Position numbers and translations under genes: made by a program
The notes under the pieces: model-generated
Databases searched by the model: none
Seen by the model: the letters and a program-made list of their open reading frames with translations, nothing else
Told to the model about the DNA's origin: nothing
In this document: one piece after another, positions 34,827-46,594 of the stretch
Numbering within the stretch: position 1 is the stretch's first letter
Layout: each line of letters starts with the position of its first letter
Source: Malacoraja senta
Taxonomy: Eukaryota
Length of the DNA stretch: 64,000 bases
Direction of reading: 5' to 3'
Assembly: GCA_038087875.1 (NCBI GenBank)
Contig: JAXLNO010001373.1
Location: forward strand, 1 to 64,000

Positions 34827-36620
34827 TCATAGTCCATTAAAAAGTCCCATTCGCCGAATCTCGTAACTTTCTAGTTCCCTGGCCATGGCCTCTTGGACCG
34901 TCCGGCCCTTTTCCTTCAATTCTCCTTCCTCACTCACTTCATCGTCTTCGCTGTCGTTGCGGAATGGTAACAGTCTCTCCTGCTCACGCTGTAATATCAT
35001 CATTCGTACAGAATTTTTAGCTTCCTCGAGGGTGGTCCCCAAACCCGATAAAGCCGCCAGTAATCAGGCTGTGATACATTTCACAATGGCAATTCCCACA
35101 AATAAGCAAGTAACTACTATAGCAGCATAGATGGCCATGCTGATAATCCAGTTATATAATCCCCCAAATCCCCAATTCCCCTATCCCTGGTTTTCATTCA
35201 TTCCATCCAAAAAGGTGGTAATCTCTTTCTGATGTTGGGTGATGTTGCTAGTCCTGTCTTGAACCCCCATCATACATTTCCCTTTTATGATGGTACAGGT
35301 CCCTCCTTCTCTAGCCAATAAGTAATCGAGCGCATATCTATTTTGTAGGGAAAACATTCTCATTTCGGACATCTGGGTTTTTACTGCCTCCAAGGCTCCG
35401 GTTGTTGCATTGCCCAGAATTGTCGGGCCGCAAACAAGGTAATTTTGGTTTTTGGCTGCTTCACCTCCACCCACTCCTACCATGGTTAGCATGCTTAATA
35501 ATCCCCATCCGATGGAATGTCCGTGGGTAGTTCCCCTGATCCCTGGATTTTTCCATTGCGCGCAAAACTCGGCCGACACCGCCCTTCGATGAACCCGAGC
35601 CATGGGTTTAGTCCATTGCTCAGGACAAGGTACCGTGGTTGGCACCAATGCTCCAGCTGCCACGTTCTTGGGGAAAGGGGGTTTTAGGACATTGGTTCCT
35701 TTCCCATTAAAGAAGAAGTAATATCCTTCCTCCGTATATAATGATCCATTACAGCCCCTTCGGGTATTAATGACTTCTCCCCCTCCAGACCAGTCCCTCC
35801 ATGCTTCACCGATCCCATTGCTATAACTGGGGATTGGCAGGTGATGGGATCCTACCGTCAGATGGGTCCCGTTAGCCCATCCACACAACAGCTGAAATCC
35901 AGCATTTACAGGGATACAGTCCTTAGACACCTAACATTGGACTCCTTTATAGGTAAGGTTACATGCGGAGCCGTGAACGGGCCCTTGCAGAGCGCAAGTG
36001 AGGTTATTTTTTAACATTTGTGACTATACACCCGTGTCCTTGGTTACTAAAACAATTTTCATATTGCCTGTTGTCATTATTGGTGGTGAAGTTACATGGC
36101 CTAGCCGGTGCTCTTGATGCCGTCCTAGATCCATGATAGCAAATGTCGTAGGAGTGGTTATTGTTCTTAGGGAGCGGTAAGCAGTTGGCCGGTGGAGCGA
36201 GAAGCCTATCATAGCTGATGATAACGGGCTTGACAGGGATCGGTTTTTTGTCCTGGCACTTCACCAGTCGTTCAGTTCTGCCCCATGCAGGGGATGGGGT
36301 AAACAGGGAGGTAACTGATGTCATTCGTGAATAACAAACCACCTGCCCCTTCCCAAATAGCTCGTTGTGTGCCTGAATAAATAGATTGGAGTTTTCTCGT
36401 TCCCCTTTCTTTTCTCGTTTGTTCCATCCGTATTCAGGCTTTGTCCATTTTCAACCGAAACCGATTAACCCTACTGTGGTCGTCACACATATTAATGCCA
36501 CGTAGACCCTCATCTTAGCGGTTTATTTCGTATCTGCGAACGTGGTTTATTTCGTATCTGCAAACATAAGGGAGGGGAAAAGAAAAGAACGTGCAATTTC
36601 ATAGCAAAATTAATTCGTAC
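34827..36620 (-). pseudogene. env: ERV env (SU-TM), with frameshift and nonsense mutations
   Basis: Furin site RVHRR, ISD LQNRYALDYLLAREGGTC. The TM helix and cytoplasmic tail continue in frame past TAG (35181) and TGA stops to 34827. The 5' limit is approximate. Confidence 0.85.
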
Positions 36621-36758
36621 CATACTTTTCGTGGACCGGATCCCTCTCCCTGACCTCGACCGGATCCCTCTCCCTGACCTCGACCTTCCCCCTTTGCTTG
36701 GTGTCACCAAGCACTTTACAATGGTGCAAATGCACCCATGCCGATCATCCTTCCACCT

Positions 36759-38085
36759 TTACCGCGGGGTGGTGAGGAGAACCTGGAAGGGGCCTAACCA
36801 TCGAGGAGAAAGGGTGTCCTTACGAACCCAATTCTTAATCAACACATAAGAACCCGGGGTGATCCATCCATCAACGGGAAAGTCTATGTCGCCCACATAA
36901 GCGGCCTTGACCACCCCGTGAATCTCACGCAGGGCCCTTGCAAGGGCAAGGACGTAAGAGACCATCTCCTCCATCATATGATGCAATGTCGTTGTGGCCG
37001 GGATAATGTCCGTCCAGGTGGTGCGCAGGGGTCGGCCATAGATGATCTCTGCAGGAGACAACCTTGTCTTCCCTGCTGGAATGACTCTGATCTGAAACAA
37101 AGCAACCGGCAACATTTTAACCCAGGTGGAGCCTGATTGGTCCACCAGCTTGGCAAGCTTGGTCCTCAGGGTCTGGTTCAAGCGTTCCACCATTCCTGCA
37201 GCCTGTGGGCGATAAGCACAATGTAGCCGCTGGGTTACGCCCAGCTGTCGGTACAATTCTTTATTAATAGCGGCAATAAAGTGAGGGCCGTTATCCCAAC
37301 TAATGGTATTTGGAACCCCAAAGCGAGGAACAAACTGCCGTAATAAAATAGACACCACCGTAGAAGCAGTGCAATCAGTGGTTGGAAAGGCTTCAATCCA
37401 CCTAGCAAACACATCAACAATAACAAGCACATGTTTATAAGACTGACACTTAGGCAAATCAATAAAATCCATCTGTAAGGTTTCAAACGGAGCAGTATGT
37501 AAGCAGTCTGGCAGACAACTCCCTTACCAGGGTTGTGTGTAGCACAGGTGAGGCACCGTGCGCTAGTTTGGGCTGCCAAAACCTTAAGTCGAGGATGCCA
37601 CCATGCCTGTAAGAGAGCATCTACTAGCAAGGTGGTCTCACAGTGAGTGGCTGGATGTAGGCAATCAACGACCCAGGTCGCTAACTGGTCTGTCATACAG
37701 GTCTGTCCGGCCGGCGTGAGCCATAGTCCGGAGTCAGCCTTCCGACAGCCCAGCTGCTCCCATTCTATTATAACATCAACAGAGGCGTCCCCCTGTAAGA
37801 GCAGTACATCATTCATGGTTGGCATAGGTTTCTCAGATTCAGACGAGCCCATATAAAGGCTTTTCACCTGTCTCATCATAATGCCCACTACTTTAGATAT
37901 ACCACGTGAAGCACACTTAGCCGCTTCGTCAGCCAACCTGTTACCGATTCGGACCGGGGAATCTCCTGTCGTGTGGGCCGCACATTTGATTACGGCTACC
38001 GCAGAGGGCACAAGGATAGCATTCAACAGGTCAGAGACCAGGATCTGATTGGCAATCTTATGGCCCGTCGAGGTGAGGTTTAATC
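36759..38085 (-). pseudogene. pol: ERV pol remnant: RNase H C-terminus and integrase
   Basis: VAVIKCAAH...GNRLADEAAK; HPATH/CLTC zinc finger; core MDFIDL...SWDNGPHF...PQAAGMVERLN; frameshift near 37480. Confidence 0.9.
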
Positions 38086-38669
38086 TTGGATCGGGTAGCG
38101 GGAATTGGAGGAGCAAACACGGGACTGGCAACGGGGGCAGGCTGGTTCAGCGGGGGTGCTCCCCGGGCTCCCCAATGGTAATCCTCTACCTCCTCCTCCT
38201 TGTCACCTCCCAAATCTATGCCAGCCACCGACTTACGTAAGTCTTTATCTACCTCAGCCTTATTTTGTCTCTCTCGCTCCTGGCGATCCTTATTCTCCTT
38301 AGCATGCCTACATTCCTGTTTTAATACTGTCACCGACTTCTCCTGACCCCCATTGGTCAGGGGTATTCCTAGTCTCAAGGCATTACTCTGCCAACTGGCT
38401 GTTAAATACCGTGCCTTTTCCACGTTACAATGATCGATCCACAACTGAATGGCCTTCTTATACTTTAAAAAAAAATCCTTTTTCCATATTACACTCTGGG
38501 CCCTTGACAACACACCCATATCCTTGGAACCCCCTTCAGGCCATTCATACTTCCCCAGTTTATGGATGAGTCCTCCCGACATACGCCTGAAGGTCTCCTC
38601 CATTTCCGGATGCAAGAAACATAGCTGATGTAATGGCCGGTGACAACTGGTGTCTATACCATTACCCAT
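38086..38669 (-). pseudogene. gag: ERV gag N-terminal fragment
   Basis: Starts MGNG (myristoylation-type start) at 38669, first ORF after the PBS/leader, Pro-rich end, fused out of frame to RNase H. Confidence 0.65.
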
Positions 38670-39202
38670 TTTTATACTTATACTATTACACACCAATATT
38701 TCAGGGTCAACCGTGAGTCCTTGGTGCCGCCGTATCTCACTCTGTCACTTCAATTCCTGACCTTCGCGTGGAGGATTTCCTCTCTTAACAACCAGTCTAA
38801 GGCGGGCTTTCTGTGAGATACAGGGGTACCTTGGTCTCGGTTAACGTCTCAATACTATTAATCGGTCGCCTTCTTCCCGACGATTCAATAACCATTACAT
38901 TCCCATCCTACCCCCAGTGCACTCCTTTTATATACCGTCGACGGTCCCCCTCTACGGGGTGTTTTATCCGCTCGATCAGACTAGGACAATCCTCGAGACG
39001 GCCCTATCCCAGTGCCCACAACCGGAACGTTCGGATGTCGTCCCACCGACTGACGCACGCCGGCGAATTACCCTGCTGCGCCGGGATACAAGGAAGGACC
39101 AAGAGGTGATTTAACTAAATCTACTCACTTGGCTGCGCACCCTTCACATTGATCCCGTCGCCCAGTGGATTCACTCGCTGGCTCGATCAGCCGCTCGTTG
39201 AC

Positions 39203-39220
39203 ATCCCACTTCTGACACCA
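39203..39220 (-). promoter_or_regulatory. Primer-binding site complementary to tRNA-Leu
   Basis: Minus strand TGGTGTCAGAAGTGGGAT, 2 nt from the 5' LTR; matches the vertebrate tRNA-Leu(CAA) 3' end as I recall it. Confidence 0.8.
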
Positions 39221-39222
39221 AA

Positions 39223-39793
39223 TGTGAATCTCTCGATTTCCTCTTACATCGGTTGTTTCGACAATAATCGACCGGACACCTGGGTTCGTTTAAACGTACA
39301 TTTATTCAGCAGGAGTCTTTACACAGGTTAGCAACCTAGCAAAGAGTCAAGCTCTATGCCTTTATTCGTAATGCCTTATATACTTTAATGCTGCGGTTTA
39401 TGCCTCCCACATTACCCAAACAAAGCAACAGACACGTACGCAATGGTCAGGATAACAGGCACGTACATATTGGGAGATGTTATTTAGTGGAACAATACTA
39501 GAGATAAGACAGGTACTTTCCTCAGACTTCTGTGCGTGGCGGTTTGTATATTCCTCAGACTTCTGAGAGCCAGCCATCTCAGTCAGACGGGGGCAGTTAA
39601 TACCATAGTCGCGAATATGCAGTAACAGCAGGACAATGTGTATTTCTCCTGACCACAACTTCCTGAAACCTGCAGCTACATATTCAGCAACTTTGGTCAG
39701 CAGACATTTTATGTTTTAATCCAGTCCACCTGGCCAAACCATTTTACCTTCACAGAACAATCTTACAGCGTTTATTCAAGATTTACATTCACA
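39223..39793 (-). repeat. ERV 5' LTR
   Basis: Direct repeat of 34225-34795. Confidence 0.95.
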
Positions 39794-39949
39794 GCATGGG
39801 GGGACTGCCATGAGGGACGGTGGGAGAGCAGAGTGGGAACTGGTGTGTGGGGGCACTCTAATTTTAGAATCCTCTTCCGAGGGGAAAAGCCTGCGTTTGT
39901 TTTGTTTGATCGTTCGTTCTGGTGAAGGCGCTGTGCACACGGCAGCCAG

Positions 39950-40066
39950 CCAACTTGTCTTTTTTTTTCACTTTTAATTTCAAGTATTTGTGTACCTTGT
40001 GTGTTGTGACTGTTGGCAGACCAATTTCCCTCCGGGGATGAATAAAATGTTATTGTATCGTATCGT
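39950..40066 (+). mobile_element. LINE 3'-end fragment with (ATCGT)n tail
   Basis: AATAAAATGTTATTGTATCGTATCGTA terminus. Confidence 0.5.
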
Positions 40067-40626
40067 AAAACTGCTGCCAGGTGCTGTGAAGTTTTGTATC
40101 TTCTGCCTGACAGGAGAGGGGACAAGTAGGAATGACAGGGGAGTGAATGGTCTTTCACTATGTTGGTTGCGTTCCCGAGGCAACGTGGAGTGTAGGGTAG
40201 AGTAATTGACAAACTAGTAATCAATAGGATGCTTTATGTGGTCCATGCGTAGACATTTGTAAGAGTTGTTGGAAGCATGCTGAATTTCCTTAGTCTTCTT
40301 TATCCGACTGCAACGGAATCTTACATATACTAAATTAATGTTACTAGAGCTGCCAGCTTTGTTCCTGATTTATTGTTCAGTTTAACACAACGTGTACAGT
40401 CAACAAGCGCTTACATGGAGCAGGATTTAACCTTTGACATTCAGTGTTTGTACTTTTGAACTGTTGCTTTTACCAAAGGTATTGTTTGTCATTTCAGTGC
40501 AGAGTGAAAGAGCGAAGCTCAGGAGAAAACAAAAGAGTTTACAAATTGAGGATACATGTGCAGAACATTCATAAATATCCAAGAGTTTTCATGCTGCCTT
40601 TCGTTTCAAATTATTTTTGTGGTTAT

Positions 40627-43401
40627 TGTAAATGGTCATTACACACGTGTAGCATTATAATAGTCTTTAATAAGTATACAGAGTTAAACAACACATGAGT
40701 AGTCACGGACTCCAGTCTGCTACTGTACTGCGCAGAAGGAGAAGCAGGCGTTATTATAAATGATACTTAAGGCGGGGTTAGTAGTGGTGAGGTAGCTATG
40801 TGATTGGTTGCATGCATAAACCATCTACATCCTTCCCCTTAGAAGATTAAACATGGTGGATAACTATGGCAACGACTTAAACAAAATCACCATACCGAAC
40901 AGGCGGCTTGCTGACACGGCCCGAGCGCGTACGGACCAATCCTTCCCCCCCCTCGCCAGAAAGACCCAAACCCGGAGGCGACGAAGCCGGAGGGGAAACA
41001 GAAAGCGGCATGGGGAACAAACGTGCAGAAGGGCTAGAAAAATGGTTAGCAATAGGCGACCCACGCGAAGGTGAACAAAACACGTGAGGGGACTAAGGCA
41101 TGCAGGGGCCGGCAACGGGCTCAGCAGCGGATGGCTGGAACTGCAGCGGTGGAGAGTAAGGTCCAGCTGCCTGCGGGAGCGGCTCCTGTACAGCAAGCAG
41201 GTGCTGATGACTCCTGCGGTAAACAGTCCCTTCAAAGTCCACAAGGTACGAACGAGGCGCATCGGCAATGCCAACCACGGTGGCCAGACGGGAATATCCG
41301 CTAGCAGTATGTAGACGAACGGCCTGTCCAGGCAGCAGAGGCTCGAGAGGCTTGCACGATCTATCATGTGACCGTCTTTGGATGTCATGCTTAGCCTAAA
41401 TGCGCTTCTGGACGGAGGCAGGCTGCAGCACACGAGGCAGCAACTTGTGTTGAGCAATCGGAATCGGTGGTCTTGTTGTTCTGGACATCAGCCGCTGAGC
41501 AGGTGAGCCTAGGGTTGCATCCCTGGAAATGTTCCTTAGGTTCAGGAGGTCGAGGTAAAAGTCGAAATTCGCCAGGCGCGCTTGCTCCATTAGTAGTTCG
41601 GCCCTCCGGACAGCCCGCTCAGCAAGCCCGTTACTCTGCGGGTACTCAGGGCTGCTCGTGAAGTGGAGGAAGTTCCACTTGTTGGCAAAGTTCTTGAACC
41701 CCTGGCTGGTAAACTGCCTGCCGTTGTCGGTCTGCAGACGGACAGGCGAGCCGAAAGTGGAAAAATGTTTCCTCAGCTTACGGATGACCATCTCGGACGT
41801 GAGGGAGGTCAGAAGGTCAACCTCGAACCAGTTCGAGTACGAGTCAGCAAGGACGAGGTAGTGTTTACCACGCCACTCGAAAATGTCGGCAGCCACTGAG
41901 GTCCAGGCCAGGGCAGGCGCAGGTTGTTGCAAAAGGGGCTGCCTTTGCTGGTGGGGCGCAAGGCTGTTGCAGGTAGAGCAAGACGAGACACGGTCCCGAA
42001 TGTACTTAGCCATTCCAGGCCAGTAGAATTGGCACTGTGCGTGGGCGATCGTGGCATCGACGCCCGGGTGCCCGCTGTGGGCCACGCTATAGTACTTGTC
42101 ATACAGGGAGGAGGGGACCATGACCTTGTGGCCCTTAACAATAATGCCGTCTTGGATGACCAGCTCGTCGCGAACCAGGAAAAAAGTCTGTGTCTCTGCG
42201 GGCGCACTGGCGCGCTTGCTCGGCCAACCCCTTTTTATCACTGAAGAAAGTAGCTGCAGAGCGGGGTCGGCGGCAGTATGCTCGGCTAGGCACTGAAGCT
42301 GCTTAGTGGGGACAAAGTCAACGCCTAGCACCAGAAGGTCTTCCCGTTCGTAGGGGTGTCGATCACAGGTAGCGCGAGGGGCGCGAGAGAGAGTGTCCGC
42401 AACGTGCATATCAGTACCCTTTTTGTAGACAATGGTGAAGTCGAAACGCTGGAGCTGCATCATCATATGTTGCAGCCTGGCAGGTGCGACATGGATCGGC
42501 TTATTCAGGATGGTCACCAATGGCTGGTGATCCGTCTCGACCATGAAAGTATTCCCGAAAAGAAAGTCCTTGAACTTAGAGCAGGCGAAAACGACGGCGA
42601 GCAGCTCCTTTTCGATCTGTGCGTAGCGTTGTTCGGTGTCGGTCATGGTATGGGAGGCATAGGAGACAGGGAGCAGGGAGCCATCTGCAGAGGACTGTAG
42701 GCAGGCTGCACCGAGCCCGAATCGCGAGGCATCACAGGTGACGGTGATGGGGCGCCTCAGGTCGAAAAACGTCAGAGTAGGAGTGCTGACCAGCTTAGAC
42801 TTTAAAGCATCGAAAACCTGCTGGTGCTGCGGGAACCAGGCCCAGTCTTTTCTAGTCAGTTGTCGCAGGGACGAGCTCAGTTCGCTGAGGTTGGGAATAA
42901 ATTTCCCAAGATAGTTCACCATGCCCAGGAAGCGCTGTAGACTGAGCACGTCGGTGGGGGCCGGCATCTCAGATATAGCGGCAGCTTTCAAAGGATCGGG
43001 CTTGAGTCCGATGTGCAATAGTCATGTAGTGGCGGTAGTCCAGTTCGAAAGTAGCCCAGCGCTCCGCGATGTCCGATTCGAAGACGAGCTGAGCAGGCTT
43101 TCGGCAAGAGGAACCCATTGTCAAAATGAAAATAAAAACTTAGCAAAAGAAATAAAAAACGATAAACAGGAGACGCGAGTAGTCACTGTCTGACACCATG
43201 TAAATGGTCATTACACACGTGTAGCATTATAATAGTCTTTAATAAGTATACAGAGTTAAACAACACATGAGTAGTCACGGACTCCAGTCTGTTACTGTAC
43301 TGCGCAGAAGGAGAAGCAGGCGTTATTATAAATGATACTTAAGGCGGGGTTAGTAGTGGTGAGGTAGCTATGTGATTGGTTGCATGCATAAACCATCTAC
43401 A
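40627..43401 (-). mobile_element. Gypsy/Ty3 LTR retrotransposon, internally deleted and young
   Basis: 203-bp LTRs at 40627-40829 and 43199-43401, one substitution seen. PBS TGGTGTCAGA (43189-43198), PPT at 40830-40842, TSD GTTAT (40622-40626; 46555-46559 after removing the Rex1 insert). Confidence 0.92.
41396..43018 (-). CDS. pol: Gypsy pol remnant: RT thumb, RNase H, integrase (540-aa open frame)
   Basis: GLKPDP...RFLGMVNY; CDASRFGLGA; EKELLA; TDHQPL; AHSGHPG/CSTC; QTDNGRQF; PQSNGLAERAV. Confidence 0.88.
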   Translation of the reverse strand: MHIGLKPDPLKAAAISEMPAPTDVLSLQRFLGMVNYLGKFIPNLSELSSSLRQLTRKDWAWFPQHQQVFDALKSKLVSTPTLTFFDLRRPITVTCDASRFGLGAACLQSSADGSLLPVSYASHTMTDTEQRYAQIEKELLAVVFACSKFKDFLFGNTFMVETDHQPLVTILNKPIHVAPARLQHMMMQLQRFDFTIVYKKGTDMHVADTLSRAPRATCDRHPYEREDLLVLGVDFVPTKQLQCLAEHTAADPALQLLSSVIKRGWPSKRASAPAETQTFFLVRDELVIQDGIIVKGHKVMVPSSLYDKYYSVAHSGHPGVDATIAHAQCQFYWPGMAKYIRDRVSSCSTCNSLAPHQQRQPLLQQPAPALAWTSVAADIFEWRGKHYLVLADSYSNWFEVDLLTSLTSEMVIRKLRKHFSTFGSPVRLQTDNGRQFTSQGFKNFANKWNFLHFTSSPEYPQSNGLAERAVRRAELLMEQARLANFDFYLDLLNLRNISRDATLGSPAQRLMSRTTRPPIPIAQHKLLPRVLQPASVQKRI

Positions 43402-43404
43402 GTT

Positions 43405-46400
43405 GAATGAATGAATGAATACTTTATTTGTCATTATAACATGTAAACATGTACAACGAAATTAAAAATGCCAACCAGTCAGTGCACCATTCACACATTA
43501 TCTAAAAGCAAAAGTCTAAAATAAACAACTAAAATAAATAACATGAAAAAAAACATTCTTCTGTCGATTTCACAATCCCTTTGGTGTGTAGCACACCTGC
43601 ACTCATTTGGTGGCTACATTAAGTGTAGTTATTGCTGTGGGATAAAAACTGTTTTTGAGTCTGTTTGTCCTTGTCCTCATTGATCTGTACCGTCTGCCTG
43701 ACGGCAACAGTTCAAACAGGGAGTGACCGGGGTGGAAAATGTCCTTTATGATGTTCTGGGATTTTTTGAGACAGTGGGAACTGTGTAGGTCCTCCAAGGT
43801 GAGGAGAGGGCAGCCGATAATCTTCTGGGCGTTGTCAATAGCCCTCTGGAGCGCTTTCCTCTTAGCCGCTGTGCAGCTGGTGTACCACACGCATACACAG
43901 TATGTTAAGATGCTCTCTTTTGAGCACCGATAAAAGGATAGCAGCAGTCTCTGGGTGATGTTGTTATTCCTGAGCACCCTCAGGAAGTACAGTCTCTGCT
44001 GGACCTTTTTCAGCAGCGCAGAGGTGTTCACGCTCCATGTCAGGTCCTCCTCAATGTGGATTCCCAGGAAGCGGAAATCCGCCACCTTCTCCACACAGTC
44101 CCCATCGATGATTAGTGGTGTAATGTCCGTTTTTTTCTTTTTGCAATCTATTATGAGCTCCTTGGTCTTTGAGGTGTTGAGGAGCAGGTTATTTTCTCCA
44201 CACCACCCTGTCAGCTGCCTCCACCTCATCCCTGTATGCGTACTCATCCCCCCCAGAGATGAGCCCCACCACCGTGGTGTCATCCGCGAATTTGACAATG
44301 GTGTTACTGTGGTGGGCGGGGGTGCAGTCATATGTGTAGATGGTGTAAAGCAGGGGGCTCAGCACGCAGCCCTGTGGAGAGCCGGTACTGAGGCTGAGGG
44401 CCGTGGATGTGTGATGGCCCACTCTGACTCTCTGACTGCGACCCGACAGGAAGCTCTTTATCCACATGCAGGTGGAGTGTGGAAGTCCCAGGTCCCCCAG
44501 TTTGTCCACCAGTTTGTGGGGAAGGATGGTGTTAAAGCAGAGCTGTAGTCCACAAAGAGCATCCGCACGTAGCTCCCCCGCTGCTCCAGATGGGACAGTG
44601 CAGCATGGAGGGCTGTGGCTACAGCATCCTCTGTGGATCTATTCGCTCTATACGCAAACTGGTGGGGGTCAAAGCTTCGGGGCAGGAGTGATGTGATGTG
44701 ACCCCGGACCAGTTTTTCAAAGCACTTCATCACCACTGGTGTGAGTGCGACTGGCCGGTAGTCGTTGAGACTGGAAATGTGGGTTTTTTGGGGCAAGGGG
44801 ACTATGGTGGAGGACTTCAGACAGGATGGGACAGTGGACTGGGCCAGAGACTGGTTGAAAATCCTCGTAAAGACTCCAGCCAGCTGGTCTGCGCAGTCCT
44901 TCAGCACGCGTCCAGAAACGCCATCGGGTCCAGCAGCCTTCCTCGGATTGATGGCCCGCAGCGTGCGCCTCACCTCATGCTCCTCTATTTTGAGGGATAA
45001 GCTGCTGTGAACCATGTGGTGTGATATGGCTGTCTCTGGTGGCTCCACTTCAAAGCGAGCAAAGAAGAGGTTCAGCTCCTCTGCCAACGAGGCGTCACCT
45101 TCAGCAGCTCCAAGGTTGGTCTTGTAGTTGGTGAGATACTGGATCCCCTGCCACACCTGCCTGCTGTTGTTAATGTCCAGGTGGTCCTCTATCCTCCTTC
45201 TGTAGTCTGATTTGGCCTCTCTGATGCCTCTCTTCAGGTTAGCTCGGGCCGTGCTGTATAAAGCCCTATCGCCAGACCTAAAAGCGGTGTTCCTCTCTTT
45301 TAACAGCCGCTGGACCTCCCGGGTCATCCAGGGCTTCTGGTTGGGGTAGACCCGGATGCGTTTGTCCACTGTGACAGTGTCCATGCAGTTTTTTATGTAA
45401 CATAGTACACTGTCTGTGAACACCTCCAGGTCCTGGTGTTCAAACACATCCCAGTTGGTCCTGTCGAAGCAGTCCTGCAGCTGCTGAGAGGCACCATCAG
45501 GCCAAGTTGTGATGGTCTTTGTGATGGTAGGAGCAGTTTTCCTGAGGGGGGCATATGCAGGAATTAAAACAGGGACATATGGTCAGACTGGCCCAGGTGT
45601 GGTAGTGGTCTAGCCCTGTAGCCCAGCTTGATGTTGGAGTAGACCTTGTCCAGTGTGTTAGCTCCTCTTGTAGCACATTTAACATGCTGGTAGAATTTGG
45701 GGAGCATTGCCTTCAAGTCCGCGTGTTTAAAGTCCCCTGCTATGATGTGAACAGCGCCAGGATATGTGCTCTGCTGGCTGCTAGTGCTACCATACAAATG
45801 TCCGATAGCCAGTTAGCATTAGCATCCGGTGGTATGTATACAACAGTTATCATGACGACAGTAAACTCTCTAGGGAGATAAATGTGTCTGCATTTAACAG
45901 TCACATACTCCAGGTCCGGGGAGCAGTGACTGTCTACAATCACTGTGTTAGTACACCAGTTGTTGTTCACGTACACACAGAGCCCTCGTCCTCTGCTCTT
46001 ACCGGACCAGGTCTCTTAGCCTGTCATGATGCTGTGCGGTGTAGCCTGCTAGCTCGATAGCAGAGTCCGGAATGAATGAATGAAGCCAGGTCTCCGTGAT
46101 CAACAGAATGCAGCTGTCCTTCACGGCGTTGTTAGCTGCAGTTTGTAGCCTCAGTTCATCCATCTTGTTAGCGAGGGATCTGGCGTTCGTGAGAAACAGG
46201 CTGGGAAGCGTTGGTTTGAGTGGCTGCCTCCATAGCCTGGCTAGCGCGCCGGCCCTGCAGCCTCGCTTTTGCCTTCTCTCTCTGCGCCGCCTTCGCCTCC
46301 TCCCCGCTGGGATGGTAATCCACGGAGAGCCGGGGCTCCTCGCTATGTCCACCGGGATCTTATGTAAACGGACAAACTCGGCTGTAACACTCAGCTCATG

Positions 46401-46552
46401 ACCAGCTCCAATCCTAAGGAGATCATGCTGGCCATAGATGTTGTTCGCCCCGACAGTAAGTACACAGGACAACAGACAACGCGCACACAAAAAACAAAGC
46501 ACCGACCGGGAGAACATTGAGCTGCTGCAACTGTGTGCGCCGCCATCTCAAT
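43405..46552 (-). mobile_element. Rex1/Babar-like LINE, near full length
   Basis: APE (LITETWL, 45999-46517), RT (KAAGPDG...DYRPVALT...KFADDT), C-terminal ORF 43603-44331, (TTCA)n tail at 43405-43420, apparent TSD CAGTT (43400-43404, 46553-46557). Confidence 0.88.
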
Positions 46553-46594
46553 CAGTTATCATCTGTTCTGATCTTTGGTTGTTATTACCCACAG

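Larger units (their letters stand above)
34225..39793 (-). mobile_element. Endogenous retrovirus provirus, internally deleted (5569 bp)
   Basis: Two 571-bp TG...CA LTRs, 4-bp TSD GCAT (34221-34224, 39794-39797), PBS, PPT, and gag/RNase H/IN/env remnants. Confidence 0.95.

Noticed and set aside
35030-35183. Programmed readthrough of env TAG/TGA stops
   Set aside because: They are better explained as TGG to TAG and CGA to TGA decay in a defective provirus that also has frameshifts.
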